Origin: a virus
Taxonomy: Duplodnaviria; Caudoviricetes
DNA: 64,000 nucleotides
Reading direction: 5' to 3' (one strand)
IMG/VR virus record: IMGVR_UViG_3300037781_000042
Location: 64,001-128,000 of that record
The position numbers and the translations under genes were made by a program. Shown here piece after piece: positions 1 to 10,000 of the stretch. Position 1 is the stretch's first letter; each line of letters begins with the position of its first letter. The notes below the pieces were generated by a model. The model did not search any database, was not told the DNA's origin, and saw only the letters and a program-made list of their open reading frames with translations.

Positions 1-336
1 TTCAGGAAATTCTTTCCTTTCTAAATGATCTTCTAAATTAGGAATAATTTCTATTCCATTTTTATATTTAGGTTCTTTTCTAAATTCTTCTTTTTTCTTT
101 CTTTCGTTTTCAACATAGAGTGCATTTAAAATAAATTTTTCTGCTCTTTCATCGTCTATTCCATAAGAAATGCCGCCTTCCGAATCTCTCGAATCCCAAA
201 TTCTATCGAATTCTATATCTTCTGTTTCTTCATTTATTCTAAAACCTAATGCTAAACCTAATGGATGGAAAAATTGTCTATTTGCTTCTTGTAGATAACC
301 AAGATCTCTAAATTCTTTAAGTGATAAGTATTTCAT
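1..336 (-). CDS. Hypothetical phage protein, 3'-truncated by window edge
   Basis: Manual translation from ATG at 336: MKYLSLKEFRDLGYLQEANRQFFHPLGLALGFRINEE..., open to position 1; directly downstream of 339..1325. Confidence 0.75.
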   Translation of the reverse strand, partial: MKYLSLKEFRDLGYLQEANRQFFHPLGLALGFRINEETEDIEFDRIWDSRDSEGGISYGIDDERAEKFILNALYVENERKKKEEFRKEPKYKNGIEIIPNLEDHLERKEFPE

Positions 337-338
337 TT

Positions 339-1325
339 TTAATCTAATAATTTGTTTTGATGAATGGAAGTAAAATCTATATTTATTTTTTCGACATCTT
401 CTTTTTTTATCGAATATTCTGTTATTTTTTCTTCATTTATAGAAGAACATATAATTAAATTTTTATTGTGTGGGTTATCTTTCAAATATTTTAATAAAAC
501 GTTTGGGTTATCTTTTAATCTTATAATTTCATTTTTAATAAATTGAATATGTGTTGGTACTTTAGGAGACAATAATATTAATTCATCTTTATTTACCCAA
601 AATTTATTTATCTGAGAGATAGATTTTTTTATATCTAATAAATTGAATTTTTTATTGACTTCTATTAAATTATTAATAACTTCTTTATAATAAATTTCTA
701 CTAAAAACAACTTATTTTCAAAATCCATTTTTTTAATAATTCCTATATGATCATGTAATTCTAGTTTAGTAGATTCTATTTTTACTAATTGTCCTACATT
801 AAATTCTAATTCAAAACGAATATTTTTAATACTATTATAAGAAATTAATTCTTTTTCTTTGTATTCTATATTATTTGAATCATTATTATCAAATATGTAA
901 TTACATACATATTTATTTTCTTTTTCTGAATCATATTGAACTTCTTCATTTACAATTTCTTTTACTTTTAAAGCTTTTTCAAAATCATTTTCAGTTCCTT
1001 TTTTAAATACTATTTCATCTACAGAAAATATTTTAGGTTTAACATAACTAGTAAAATCCTCTACTACATCAGCTTTAATTTGTTCTTTAGGAGGATTTTT
1101 AAAATTTAAGGCATCTTCTGGTAAAATTACAGATAATTGTTCTAATGTTAAAAGTAATGTAGAGATTTTATTCGTAGAATCTGATAAATTAGATAGTGTA
1201 ACTTCATAAATATTTTTTTCTATAGAAGATTTCTTGTCTACTTCAAGTTTAATTTTTAGAATTTTAACTTCTTGGTTATTATAGAGAACTATTTCTCCTT
1301 TCTTAGGCAATCTTTTCATTTTCAA
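339..1325 (-). CDS. Protein with four tandem small beta-barrel (SH3/KOW/Tudor-like) repeats
   Basis: Repeated starts KKGEIVLY / FSVDEIVFK / FNVGQLVKI / FIKNEIIRL, each ending in an L/E-L-x-x-I/L-type strand. Confidence 0.5.
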   Translation of the reverse strand: MKMKRLPKKGEIVLYNNQEVKILKIKLEVDKKSSIEKNIYEVTLSNLSDSTNKISTLLLTLEQLSVILPEDALNFKNPPKEQIKADVVEDFTSYVKPKIFSVDEIVFKKGTENDFEKALKVKEIVNEEVQYDSEKENKYVCNYIFDNNDSNNIEYKEKELISYNSIKNIRFELEFNVGQLVKIESTKLELHDHIGIIKKMDFENKLFLVEIYYKEVINNLIEVNKKFNLLDIKKSISQINKFWVNKDELILLSPKVPTHIQFIKNEIIRLKDNPNVLLKYLKDNPHNKNLIICSSINEEKITEYSIKKEDVEKINIDFTSIHQNKLLD

Positions 1326-1429
1326 ATTATTTTTTATTAAAAAAGAAAATCTACTACTATGACATATAAAAATTTACAAATCATTAAGGATTCTTTAAAA
1401 ACTAAATAGTAGTAGATTTTTAGATATGT

Positions 1430-1708
1430 TTATTTTAAAGCAACCCAACAGCTGCTGCTTTTACCGCCAGATTCTGAAGAATTAGAATATCCAACAAGTT
1501 TACATTTTTTAGCTTGTTCAGCTTCTTTGTAGTTATCAGTTACAAAAACCTGATTGGCATTTTTGTAATTGTTTCTTAGGAAAACAGTAATTTTTTCAAT
1601 TCTGCTTTTTGCTCGACCATTGGTGTTGAAACCTGCTTGCTCTAAAAGACTTTCAGCCATATTTCTATATTTAGAAGGTCTTCCTTTTGTAGTGTTATTT
1701 GACGACAT
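1430..1708 (-). CDS. Small basic protein with AT-hook-like KGRPSK motif
   Basis: 92-aa ORF, GGGAG SD upstream, TTKGRPSKYR near N-terminus. Confidence 0.6.
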   Translation of the reverse strand: MSSNNTTKGRPSKYRNMAESLLEQAGFNTNGRAKSRIEKITVFLRNNYKNANQVFVTDNYKEAEQAKKCKLVGYSNSSESGGKSSSCWVALK

Positions 1709-1746
1709 GCCAAACTCCCTTTTATGTTAAAAAAAAATAATTTATA

Positions 1747-1778
1747 TTAATTATACTTTGATTTTTTTAAAAAGTTTT
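1747..1778 (-). promoter_or_regulatory. Class-2 promoter candidate AAAACTTTT-N10-AAAGTATAATTAA (copy 1)
   Basis: Same bipartite motif and spacing at 54368-54399(-) and 61072-61103(+), each directly upstream of a gene. Confidence 0.65.
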
Positions 1779-1782
1779 TAAA

Positions 1783-2292
1783 TTAATCAATTTCTTCAAT
1801 ATTAATAATAGAATTTATATTTAAATTTTTCTCCCCTAAATTATCTAAATATTCTATTATATGTAATCTTAATTTTTTTAATTCTTTTATTCTAAGTTCA
1901 GAATATTCATTTTCGTTTCCTTTTTCAAAATCTTCTAATATTTTAGAATTGTGAAATTTAATTTTATCATCTATTAAACATAGAAGTAATTTTTTAGCTT
2001 CTACACCAGAAAAAGATCCTTCTATTAATTTTATGTTTTCACTCATAAGTTTTTATTTTATTTAAAATTATATATTCTCTAACTTAGAAATATGTTCTTT
2101 AAATCCTTCCATGAAAGCTGTAACATCTTCTTCGTATGATGTATCCCAATCGGTCCAAGGAAAAATAATTTCATTCTTTGCTCTTATTTCAAATATTCTA
2201 TCGTATTTTTCTTCCCATGAATATTTATCAGAATCAAATATTTTCTTACATTTTAAATATATCTTAACAAGTTTTTCTGTTTTCGTGTTCAA
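1783..2292 (-). other. Two small hypothetical ORFs (1783..2046, 2068..2292)
   Basis: ORF track; co-oriented and tightly packed. Confidence 0.65.
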
Positions 2293-2989
2293 CTAATTTC
2301 CTTTCTAAATTTATTTTATACATATAGTTTAAATCACTTCTAAGCCTTCTAATTCTACTTTTTATTGTATTAATGTTAATATTTTGGTGCCTTGCTATAT
2401 CTTGTTCTTTCATTTTAAAAATAAACTTATCATTGTACAGTTCTTGAAAATCTTCAGGTAAATGTTTTACTATCTCATCTAAAACCTGTTTCTTTAGAAC
2501 AGGAATTTCAATTGTTCCATCAAAATGAGAATGATCTTGAACTACTGTTAATGAATAAAGACTATGTAAATGAGTTGCTCTATCTTTATTAGGAGTAGGA
2601 TCTTTAGAATAAGTACAATAAAAATCTGGAGGATTTTCTTTTATTTCAGAAATAAGTTTGTCTTTTCTAGCTTCTAATATTTTATAAAGTTCATATTGAG
2701 CAATTCTATAAATCCAAGTAGTAAATCTGCGATTAGTATCATACATCTCTATATTTTTATAGACTTTAAAAAAGGTAGAAGCTACTGCATCGTTAACAAT
2801 TTCTATATGAACTAAATAAGAACTATCATATCCTTTAAATTTTTTACTACAATGTTGTTTTAAAGGAATGCTTAAACATTCATAAAGTTGACTATAAAGT
2901 AAATTTGCTTCTTTAGGGTATTTTTCGGAATCTATTTCCTTTAATTTTTTACCCAATTCCTGCAAATTTATTTTATACTTTTTTCTCAT
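2264..2989 (-). CDS. RNA polymerase sigma-70 factor, ECF-like
   Basis: Region-2-like DAVASTFFKVYKNIEMYDTNRRFTTWIYRIA and region-4 HTH LPEDFQELY...KEQDIARHQNININTIKSRIRRLR. Confidence 0.85.
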   Translation of the reverse strand: MRKKYKINLQELGKKLKEIDSEKYPKEANLLYSQLYECLSIPLKQHCSKKFKGYDSSYLVHIEIVNDAVASTFFKVYKNIEMYDTNRRFTTWIYRIAQYELYKILEARKDKLISEIKENPPDFYCTYSKDPTPNKDRATHLHSLYSLTVVQDHSHFDGTIEIPVLKKQVLDEIVKHLPEDFQELYNDKFIFKMKEQDIARHQNININTIKSRIRRLRSDLNYMYKINLERKLVEHENRKTC

Positions 2990-3176
2990 TGTTGTGCTTT
3001 GTTCTTAGAACGTTTGAAGAAAAACCAAATACTGCACATATTACTACAAGATACCAATTTTCTAACATAAAGGAAGAATATGTTTTTTCAGGAGAAGCAA
3101 AAAATAAGTATGCTCCATAGATTGCTACTAGTAATCCTAATGCCATTAGAATATTGCTTAGATGTTTGTAAATCAT
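2973..3176 (-). CDS. Small two-TM membrane protein
   Basis: Two hydrophobic stretches in 67 aa. Confidence 0.6.
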   Translation of the reverse strand: MIYKHLSNILMALGLLVAIYGAYLFFASPEKTYSSFMLENWYLVVICAVFGFSSNVLRTKHNNEKKV

Positions 3177-3514
3177 CTGTAATTTTCTCCATTTTTCATT
3201 GCCTGTAAAAATCTTAACATTTCTCCTTCAAAATGTTCTTCTTTAATATTTGCAAAGCTTTGTTGTATAGTCATTTGAATAGCATTCTTTTCAATTTCAT
3301 CTTCTGTTTTCATATACTCTAATCTATATTTAGAAAGTTCTTGTCTTTTACCTTCTATGTAAGATTGTGTTTCTTCGAATACTTCCCTTTTTACATTTTC
3401 TTTCATAGGTTCGGTTACAGATGATTTCCAAATTCCTAAAAGATCTAGACCAAAGACTAATAAAAATATACCTAATATTATTCCTATGAAATATAATCCT
3501 ATTTTTGTTTTCAT
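3173..3514 (-). CDS. Membrane-anchored hypothetical protein
   Basis: N-terminal TM then ENVKREVFEETQSYIEGKRQELSKY; ATGA overlap with neighbour. Confidence 0.7.
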   Translation of the reverse strand: MKTKIGLYFIGIILGIFLLVFGLDLLGIWKSSVTEPMKENVKREVFEETQSYIEGKRQELSKYRLEYMKTEDEIEKNAIQMTIQQSFANIKEEHFEGEMLRFLQAMKNGENYR

Positions 3515-3522
3515 GTTTTTAC

Positions 3523-4053
3523 CTATTGTTTTAATTTAAATGGAGATACTATAATTTCTTGCTCTATGTATACTGGATGCGGTTCTCCTTGATCATCTAA
3601 TAACATTATCCAAGTTGCTGATAATCCTTCTGGCATAAATAATCCATTAGGATCTACTTGAGGAACTACTTGAAGTTCTCCCGCATCCTGATATTTAGAA
3701 AAACCTAAATTTCTTGCATCTACTATCTTTTTAGGATTTGTAAATTGTATAGAATAAGGAAGTCCATATCCTAAGCATTTACCAAGATAGATAAGCTCTC
3801 CCGTATAAGATGTAATATAAGCATGACAAATTAAATCTTCTTTATCGCGAAGTTCGAATATCATTTTAGCAAGTTTTCTTTCTTGAAAATTTGTAATTGC
3901 TGGCATTCCTACTTGTCTTTGTGCTTCATCCATAAACTTTTCAGTTGCTTCTGCCATTTTATTATCAGCTACATTTTCGACTTTAGGTTCTTGACATCCT
4001 AAAAGTAATGATATTCCTAATATAGTAAGTGTTGTTAATATAATTTTTTTCAT
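3523..4053 (-). CDS. Putative lipoprotein
   Basis: Signal peptide with lipobox LLLGC; body motifs GMPAITNFQERK, GYGLPYS, DPNGLF. Confidence 0.7.
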   Translation of the reverse strand: MKKIILTTLTILGISLLLGCQEPKVENVADNKMAEATEKFMDEAQRQVGMPAITNFQERKLAKMIFELRDKEDLICHAYITSYTGELIYLGKCLGYGLPYSIQFTNPKKIVDARNLGFSKYQDAGELQVVPQVDPNGLFMPEGLSATWIMLLDDQGEPHPVYIEQEIIVSPFKLKQ

Positions 4054-4080
4054 TTTAAAAAATCCTTATTTGTTTAAAAA

Positions 4081-5558
4081 TTAATCTATTGTTTCTCTTG
4101 TAGTTGTTCTAATTTTAATTGATGTATACGAAGGTTCTCTTTGATCTCCTTTATACTGATCTATATGAATTGTTGATTTATCTGCATCAAATCCTATTTT
4201 TTCTGATAATAATTTTAACAATTCTTTTTCGTTTAATACTATTTCTTTTGTTACTTCTGCCATTTTTATACTCCGAAATCTTGTACTGCTTCCCAATAAA
4301 GGCCATTCAATATTTCTTTTACTGTTTCTAATTCTACATCTTTGTCTAAGAGAAACTGTCCATGTTCGACATATTTTTCTCCGTTACTTTTCCACCATTC
4401 CTGTTCGCCAGTAAGGTCATTTTCTACATATTCTTTTATTAAATCATAATCTGTTTTCATATTAAAGTTTTTCTCGATATTTATTTAAAAAGTAGTCTGT
4501 TGTTTACTCTTGTAATTGTTCTAATTTTGTCCACATTCCACCAACAGTTTTTGTTAAGTTAATATTTTTTGTTGGTTCTTCAGGTACTTTTTTAAATTGC
4601 CACCATTCTGATCCATCGTGTTCATGTCTTTCTAACCACCAGTCTTTTCCTACTATAAGTAAATCTACTGCTACATTTTGCGACCCAAATCCATTATTAT
4701 ATTCAACATTAGATATTTCTTCGAAATTTTTCCAATCTGTTTTAATATTTATATTTCCGACCCATTGTACATCTTCTGGTGTTAAGTTATGATAATTTAA
4801 TTTTTCAATCGTCTCGGTTAATAAATTCATAATTTTCTCCATCCCTCATTAGGGTCATTAAATTGTGGTCTATCATCAGGATCAGGTCGAGCCTTTTGAT
4901 CACCATATTGTTCTTTTAATTCTTGTTGCTCTTCTTGTAAATGTTTGTAATTAAATCTTACTCCTGGTATTTCTTCAACCTCTATAAAATAATTATTTGA
5001 TTCCTCTTGTATTTTAGATATAGTTGCTATGCCGCCGATTCTATCATCTTTTCCTCTATAAACATACATTGCTCCTCGAATGTAAATTTTATCTCCTATT
5101 GCTGGAATGCTCATAAGATGTTCTCCTTAAAAAATTGATACATCGTAATGTAAATGATAAAAATTAATTAACATAAATAAAAATATTGTTAAATCAATTA
5201 CAGCCCAAAATAAATGCACTCCTGGAGTTTGTAAATAAGTTTTTCTTCTGCTTCCTATAACTCCCTTTATAATTATAAGTACTGTATATAGGAGACCAAG
5301 TTCCCACCAATAACTACTAAAGAAGGATGCGCCTAACCATAAAAGCTCAAAAGTATTTTGTGCATATAATATAGAACGATAATTTTTTTCTTCTTCGGAT
5401 AATAAATCTTTTATTTTTTCTTTTGGTACAAAAGGCGAAACATCTTTAAGCTTATTATTAATAGAATTTCTAACTGGAGTTGCTCTTGTGTGACCTACAA
5501 TAAAGACAATATTAAAAAATACTATTAATAAGACTAAAAAATTTAATACGTGTATCAT
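4081..5558 (-). other. Block of small hypothetical ORFs (4081..4263, 4266..4460, 4504..4842, 4827..5114, 5127..5558 multi-TM)
   Basis: ORF track; 4504..4842 is a paralogue of 50358..50666 (DLLxVGKDWWLER...W.FK..P). Confidence 0.7.
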
Positions 5559-5575
5559 GATATGTTTTCCTATAA

Positions 5576-5611
5576 GTGTTAATTGAATATGATGTAATAT
5601 AAAATTTTTAC
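5576..5611 (-). promoter_or_regulatory. Class-1 promoter repeat, copy 1 (upstream part divergent)
   Basis: Minus strand AAAATTTTATATTACATCATATTCAATTAACAC upstream of 5127..5558. Confidence 0.65.
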
Positions 5612-6314
5612 TAATAAATAGAAAAAATTCTTAATTCGGGATCTTCTTTTGGTGAAAATTTAAATAGTTCTTTAAATGTTTCTTTTAATTTATTATCTAA
5701 TAAAGGAAGGTCTTTAAAATTAATTACGTCTTCATCATCTTCATCATAACTTAAGTATTTTCCAAAGAAAACATTTTTTGATCCTTCCGGTTCAAAAATA
5801 GAAAATGGACAATCTGGCTGCCCTTCAATATAAGGACGATACTTATCATCCCATAAATCTACTAAATGCGCTATTAAAAGATCTCTTGGAATTTTAAATC
5901 CATATAAAAGTACTTTATCTTGTGACATTCCCATTTTGTTGCTCCTTAATTTTATATTTGGGTAATATTTAATCTATAATCTTTTCCTTGTCCTGCATCA
6001 ACTGATGCATCAATTCCATAAGGAAAACACATATTTAATAAAAATCTTTGTGCGTAAATTAAAGAAAATGTTTCATCTTCATTATCATACCATCCCCAAT
6101 AATCAGGTCCACCTTCATTAATGTTTTCAACGTTTTGTTCTTTTGCTATTGATACTTCTACTTTAATAATATCATTTACTTCTTTTCCATATAACGATAC
6201 TGTAGATTCATGAATTCCAAAATGATCAAAATATTTTCCATATTCAGGGTGTGTTGAAATAACACAATTTACAATATATGTTTTTTGAAAATCTTCTTCT
6301 TTAATTTCTTTCAT
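5611..6314 (-). other. Two hypothetical ORFs (5611..5934, 5952..6314)
   Basis: ORF track; SD-like AAGGAG and AAAGGAAG upstream. Confidence 0.7.
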
Positions 6315-6337
6315 GATTACTTCCTTTTTAATATTTG

Positions 6338-6465
6338 AGGCGAGGGCAGGACTCGAACCTGCAATTGGCTGTACCTATATAACCATAATCTATGTTAGTG
6401 GATTTCGAACCAAACTCTCATACAACCTTTCAGATAATAGCGTTTACCAATTTCGCCACCTCGTC
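6338..6465 (-). ncRNA. tRNA-like RNA (128 nt) with Leu-type D arm and canonical T arm but a ~77-nt insert replacing anticodon/variable arms
   Basis: GACGAGG-TG-GCG AAATTGGTAAA CGC ...77 nt... GCAGG TTCGAGT CCTGC-CCTCGCC-T; GC-rich island in intergenic space. Confidence 0.75.
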
Positions 6466-6470
6466 TCAAT

Positions 6471-6881
6471 TTAAATTATTACTCCTTTAGAATCCAATTC
6501 CTGTTGTAATTTCATAATTTTATTCGTTAATTGTTGTTTAGTCATTTCATGCCAAGGTCCATCTGGAATTAACCTATAACACAATACACCATCAACTATT
6601 TGTTCTATGTAATACATAACTTTTCCTTAATTTATAATTTTTTCTGATTCTACGTCAACCTTTAAATCTTTTCCTAATTGTTTTCTATTTTGAACAATTT
6701 TATAAATCATTATTTTATGGTCACCATGAATCTCCATGGATATTTCTTTTTCTTTCATATATTGTGCTAATTGAATAGAATCTTCAGGAATTTTAAAACC
6801 TTCATTAATAAAAGTATCTCTAGTCCATGATTCAATTTGATCATTCAAATTTCTAGTTATTTGTTTTATTTCGTTATTCAT
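6471..6881 (-). other. Two small hypothetical ORFs (6471..6617 48 aa found manually; 6627..6881)
   Basis: MYYIEQIVDGVLCYRLIPDGPWHEM... ends a few nt before the tRNA-like RNA. Confidence 0.6.
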
Positions 6882-6895
6882 ATATTATTCTTTAA

Positions 6896-6945
6896 TTGTT
6901 AATTGAATGTAATGTAATATAAGAAAAATTTTTTAAATAAAAAAA
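6896..6945 (-). promoter_or_regulatory. Class-1 promoter repeat, copy 2
   Basis: TTTTTTTATTTAAAAAATTTTTCTTATATTACATTACATTCAATTAACAA on minus strand. Confidence 0.75.
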
Positions 6946-7004
6946 TAAATCTTCATTTTTATTTAAAAATATATAAATTATTGAACATTCAATGATAAAA
7001 TTAA

Positions 7005-10000
7005 ATGCAAAAGAATTTATATTTCACATCACCAAATCAGCCTCACTTCATAGAAATTAATAATAATTTTTCTGAAAAGAAAGAGTATAGAATTTATTTT
7101 GAAGGAGAGACTTTAAATTTATTTTTATTAGAAGGAGTATCTATAACTAATTATGATACTTTTGATAATGGATATGTGTTAACAGTAGATGAAGGAGAAT
7201 CTAGGTACTTAGAAATTTATCCAAAATGTGGAGATGTTTCTATTGATGCTTATGTAGATTGTATAATAGAATCTGCAGATCAAGATTTTACAGATATTAA
7301 TAGATTGAATTTAGCTTTAAGAAAAGAGAGATTTGGAAAGAATGTTCCTTTATATTCTACATTTGAAAAGAAATTTAAAGAATTTGAAAAAGAAGAATAT
7401 GAAACTTATGCTTTACAAAATATAAATCCTTTACTTTCTGGAAATGTTAAATTAAGAATAGATTCTAAAAATAAATTATATTTTACTTTATTTGATGAAG
7501 TAACAGAATCTAATAACGATAAATTATATTCAAGAGTAGTAAAAAACGGATCTGATTATTTAAATGAACTAACAAAATTCTTTAAAGATTTAGAAAGAAA
7601 GACTGATAGTTTTTATGAAAATATAGTAGTTGAAAATTACAATTCAAGAGACGGAGCATCTTTAAAATCTCAAATTAGAGATGATATTTATTCTGCAGGT
7701 GCATATAATATTCCTTCAGAAACTCATAAAGAAAAATTTGCAATTTTTGCTCCTTTATATCTTGAAAATAAAATACCTTCTAAGTTTGTAATTTTTAAAA
7801 GAGAAAAAGTAAATGATTTAAAAAATTCTGAATTATTTAAAGATTTAACAATTGTAAAAAGTTTTGATTTATCTAAAAATTCAGAGTTAGGAAAGTTTAT
7901 AGATAGAACAAAAGAAACTATAAATTTTGAAAAACCTCACGTAAAAAGTGTAATTAATGATAACTCTGTTCTTTTAGAAATAACAGGAATGGATCCAGAA
8001 GCTTCTTCAATTGCTACAGTATATGAAGATATAACTGATTATGCTTTTAAAGAATCTACTATTTTAGATTTTGAATCTTATGTTACTGATACTTATAAAA
8101 GAAGAAAACTTGTTTCTCATAGAATATTAAATTTAGAATTTTTATTTGATGATGATTTAGAAGAAAACGAAATGTATTCGTATTTTGGAATGTATGTAGA
8201 TGATTTAGACATCTCTAAATACGAATTAGATTTAAATCATTATGGAAAAGATGTTTATAATAAATGTACTTTAGGAATTGGAAGTTCTGTAGATTCATTA
8301 AAAGTTTCTACTCAAATACCAGATATTTCAAAGTATATTAATACTAATGACAGAATATTCTATTTAAAAGATGCTTCAAACAATTTTCATAATTTAAAAT
8401 CTACTTCTGAATATGAATTTAAATTAAAAAATTCTACAAGCATTTGTGACTTTGCTAAAAATGTAGATGAACAGGTTGTTATTAAAGATTCAGATATTAT
8501 TAAAGATGCTAAACCTTATGTAAACGTTTCGTTTGATGATAACATTTATTCAAATACACAGTTAGTAATAACTCAAAATACGAATAAATATGAAATAGAT
8601 TTTATAGAAGATGTAGTAACAGTAGATTATTATGAACATTCTCAAATAGAAAATATTTTTCCTATTACTTTAATAGATGATAATACTATTCAAATAGAAG
8701 AATATGTTTATATTCCTGATTCTGAAATAGTAACTTTAATAGATCCAAGTTCTGAAATTTCAGTAGAATCTTCTTATTCTATTAATAGTGGAAGTTATAC
8801 ACAAATTGTATTTTCAGATGCTATCGATTTAAGTTCAATTACACACATTAAAATAATAGAAAAACCTAAACTGAAAGCAGAAGTTACTTTAGGTGTTAAT
8901 TTAGAAGAAACATTAGCTAAATTAGTAGAAAAAGTTTCTTTATTAGATAATTTTCCATTTGAAATAGTTCAAGAAGCAAATGAAATTTTTATATGTTCTA
9001 CTAATAGTTTAAAGTTTAATGTTACTTTAGATACTACTAATTCTTCTACTGATTTATCTAAGATAAAAAGATTCAGTAATGATTTAACGTTAACCGCTTC
9101 TACTGTAGGAGGAGTAACAGTAACTTCTAATGTATCATCTTTTAATTCTGTAAATCTAACAAATGATTATCTTTATCCTATAGATAGTTATTACTCAGAA
9201 TATTTTAATGAAGGAGATTATTTATATGACATTGGTTCAGTTCATTCAGAATCTTTACCAATTGATGAAACTTCTTATACGATAAGATATATGAATGGGT
9301 TAGAAGTAATAAAACTTCCTAAAGAAAAAACTATTAAAAAGATTTATAAACCAAGTTCTTTATGTTTAGGACTTTTTAGTTTTTATGATGTTAGAAGATT
9401 TGATACTCAAATGGTAACAAATGATTTTAATTTCATTAAAGCTGAATATCAGAAACTTTATAAGAAATTTGCTCCTTCTGAAAAATTAGTTCCTAGAATG
9501 ATTTATAAATTGAAAAATGTAGGGAGTATTCCTATTACGGTTTCAGTTAGATATGGAATAGAAGATTCTTGGAAACATACAGAAGTAACTAGATTAACTG
9601 TAGGAGCAAATTCTACTAGACAGTTTTCTACCTTTCTTTCGGATTATAGTTTAACCGAATATAATGAAGATATTGAGTTTAGATATTTTTTAGTAGATGA
9701 TAATGAATTAAGTGGAAACATCTATGCTTATAATTTAAATCTATTTGAAGATCCTGATTTATTAAACTTTGATCCTGAATTTCCAAATACTTCTTATGAT
9801 AGTAAAAAGAAACAAAACGAAATAGATATTCAAAAACAAAATGAAAATCCTGATTTCGTTTACTATCAAGATGCTAGAAGTGAATATTTTAGATTAGAAG
9901 AATATTCAAACGTAGATTCTACAATAGAAGATATTATATCAAATAGAAATGTAAAATGGACAGATTATAAATTCAAAGATTCTAAAGCTCAACCTCATAG

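Noticed and set aside
6338-6465. Ordinary tRNA-Phe(GAA) or tRNA-Leu
   Set aside because: The anticodon stem is weak and 77 nt separate the D and T arms, so it is kept as a tRNA-like ncRNA.
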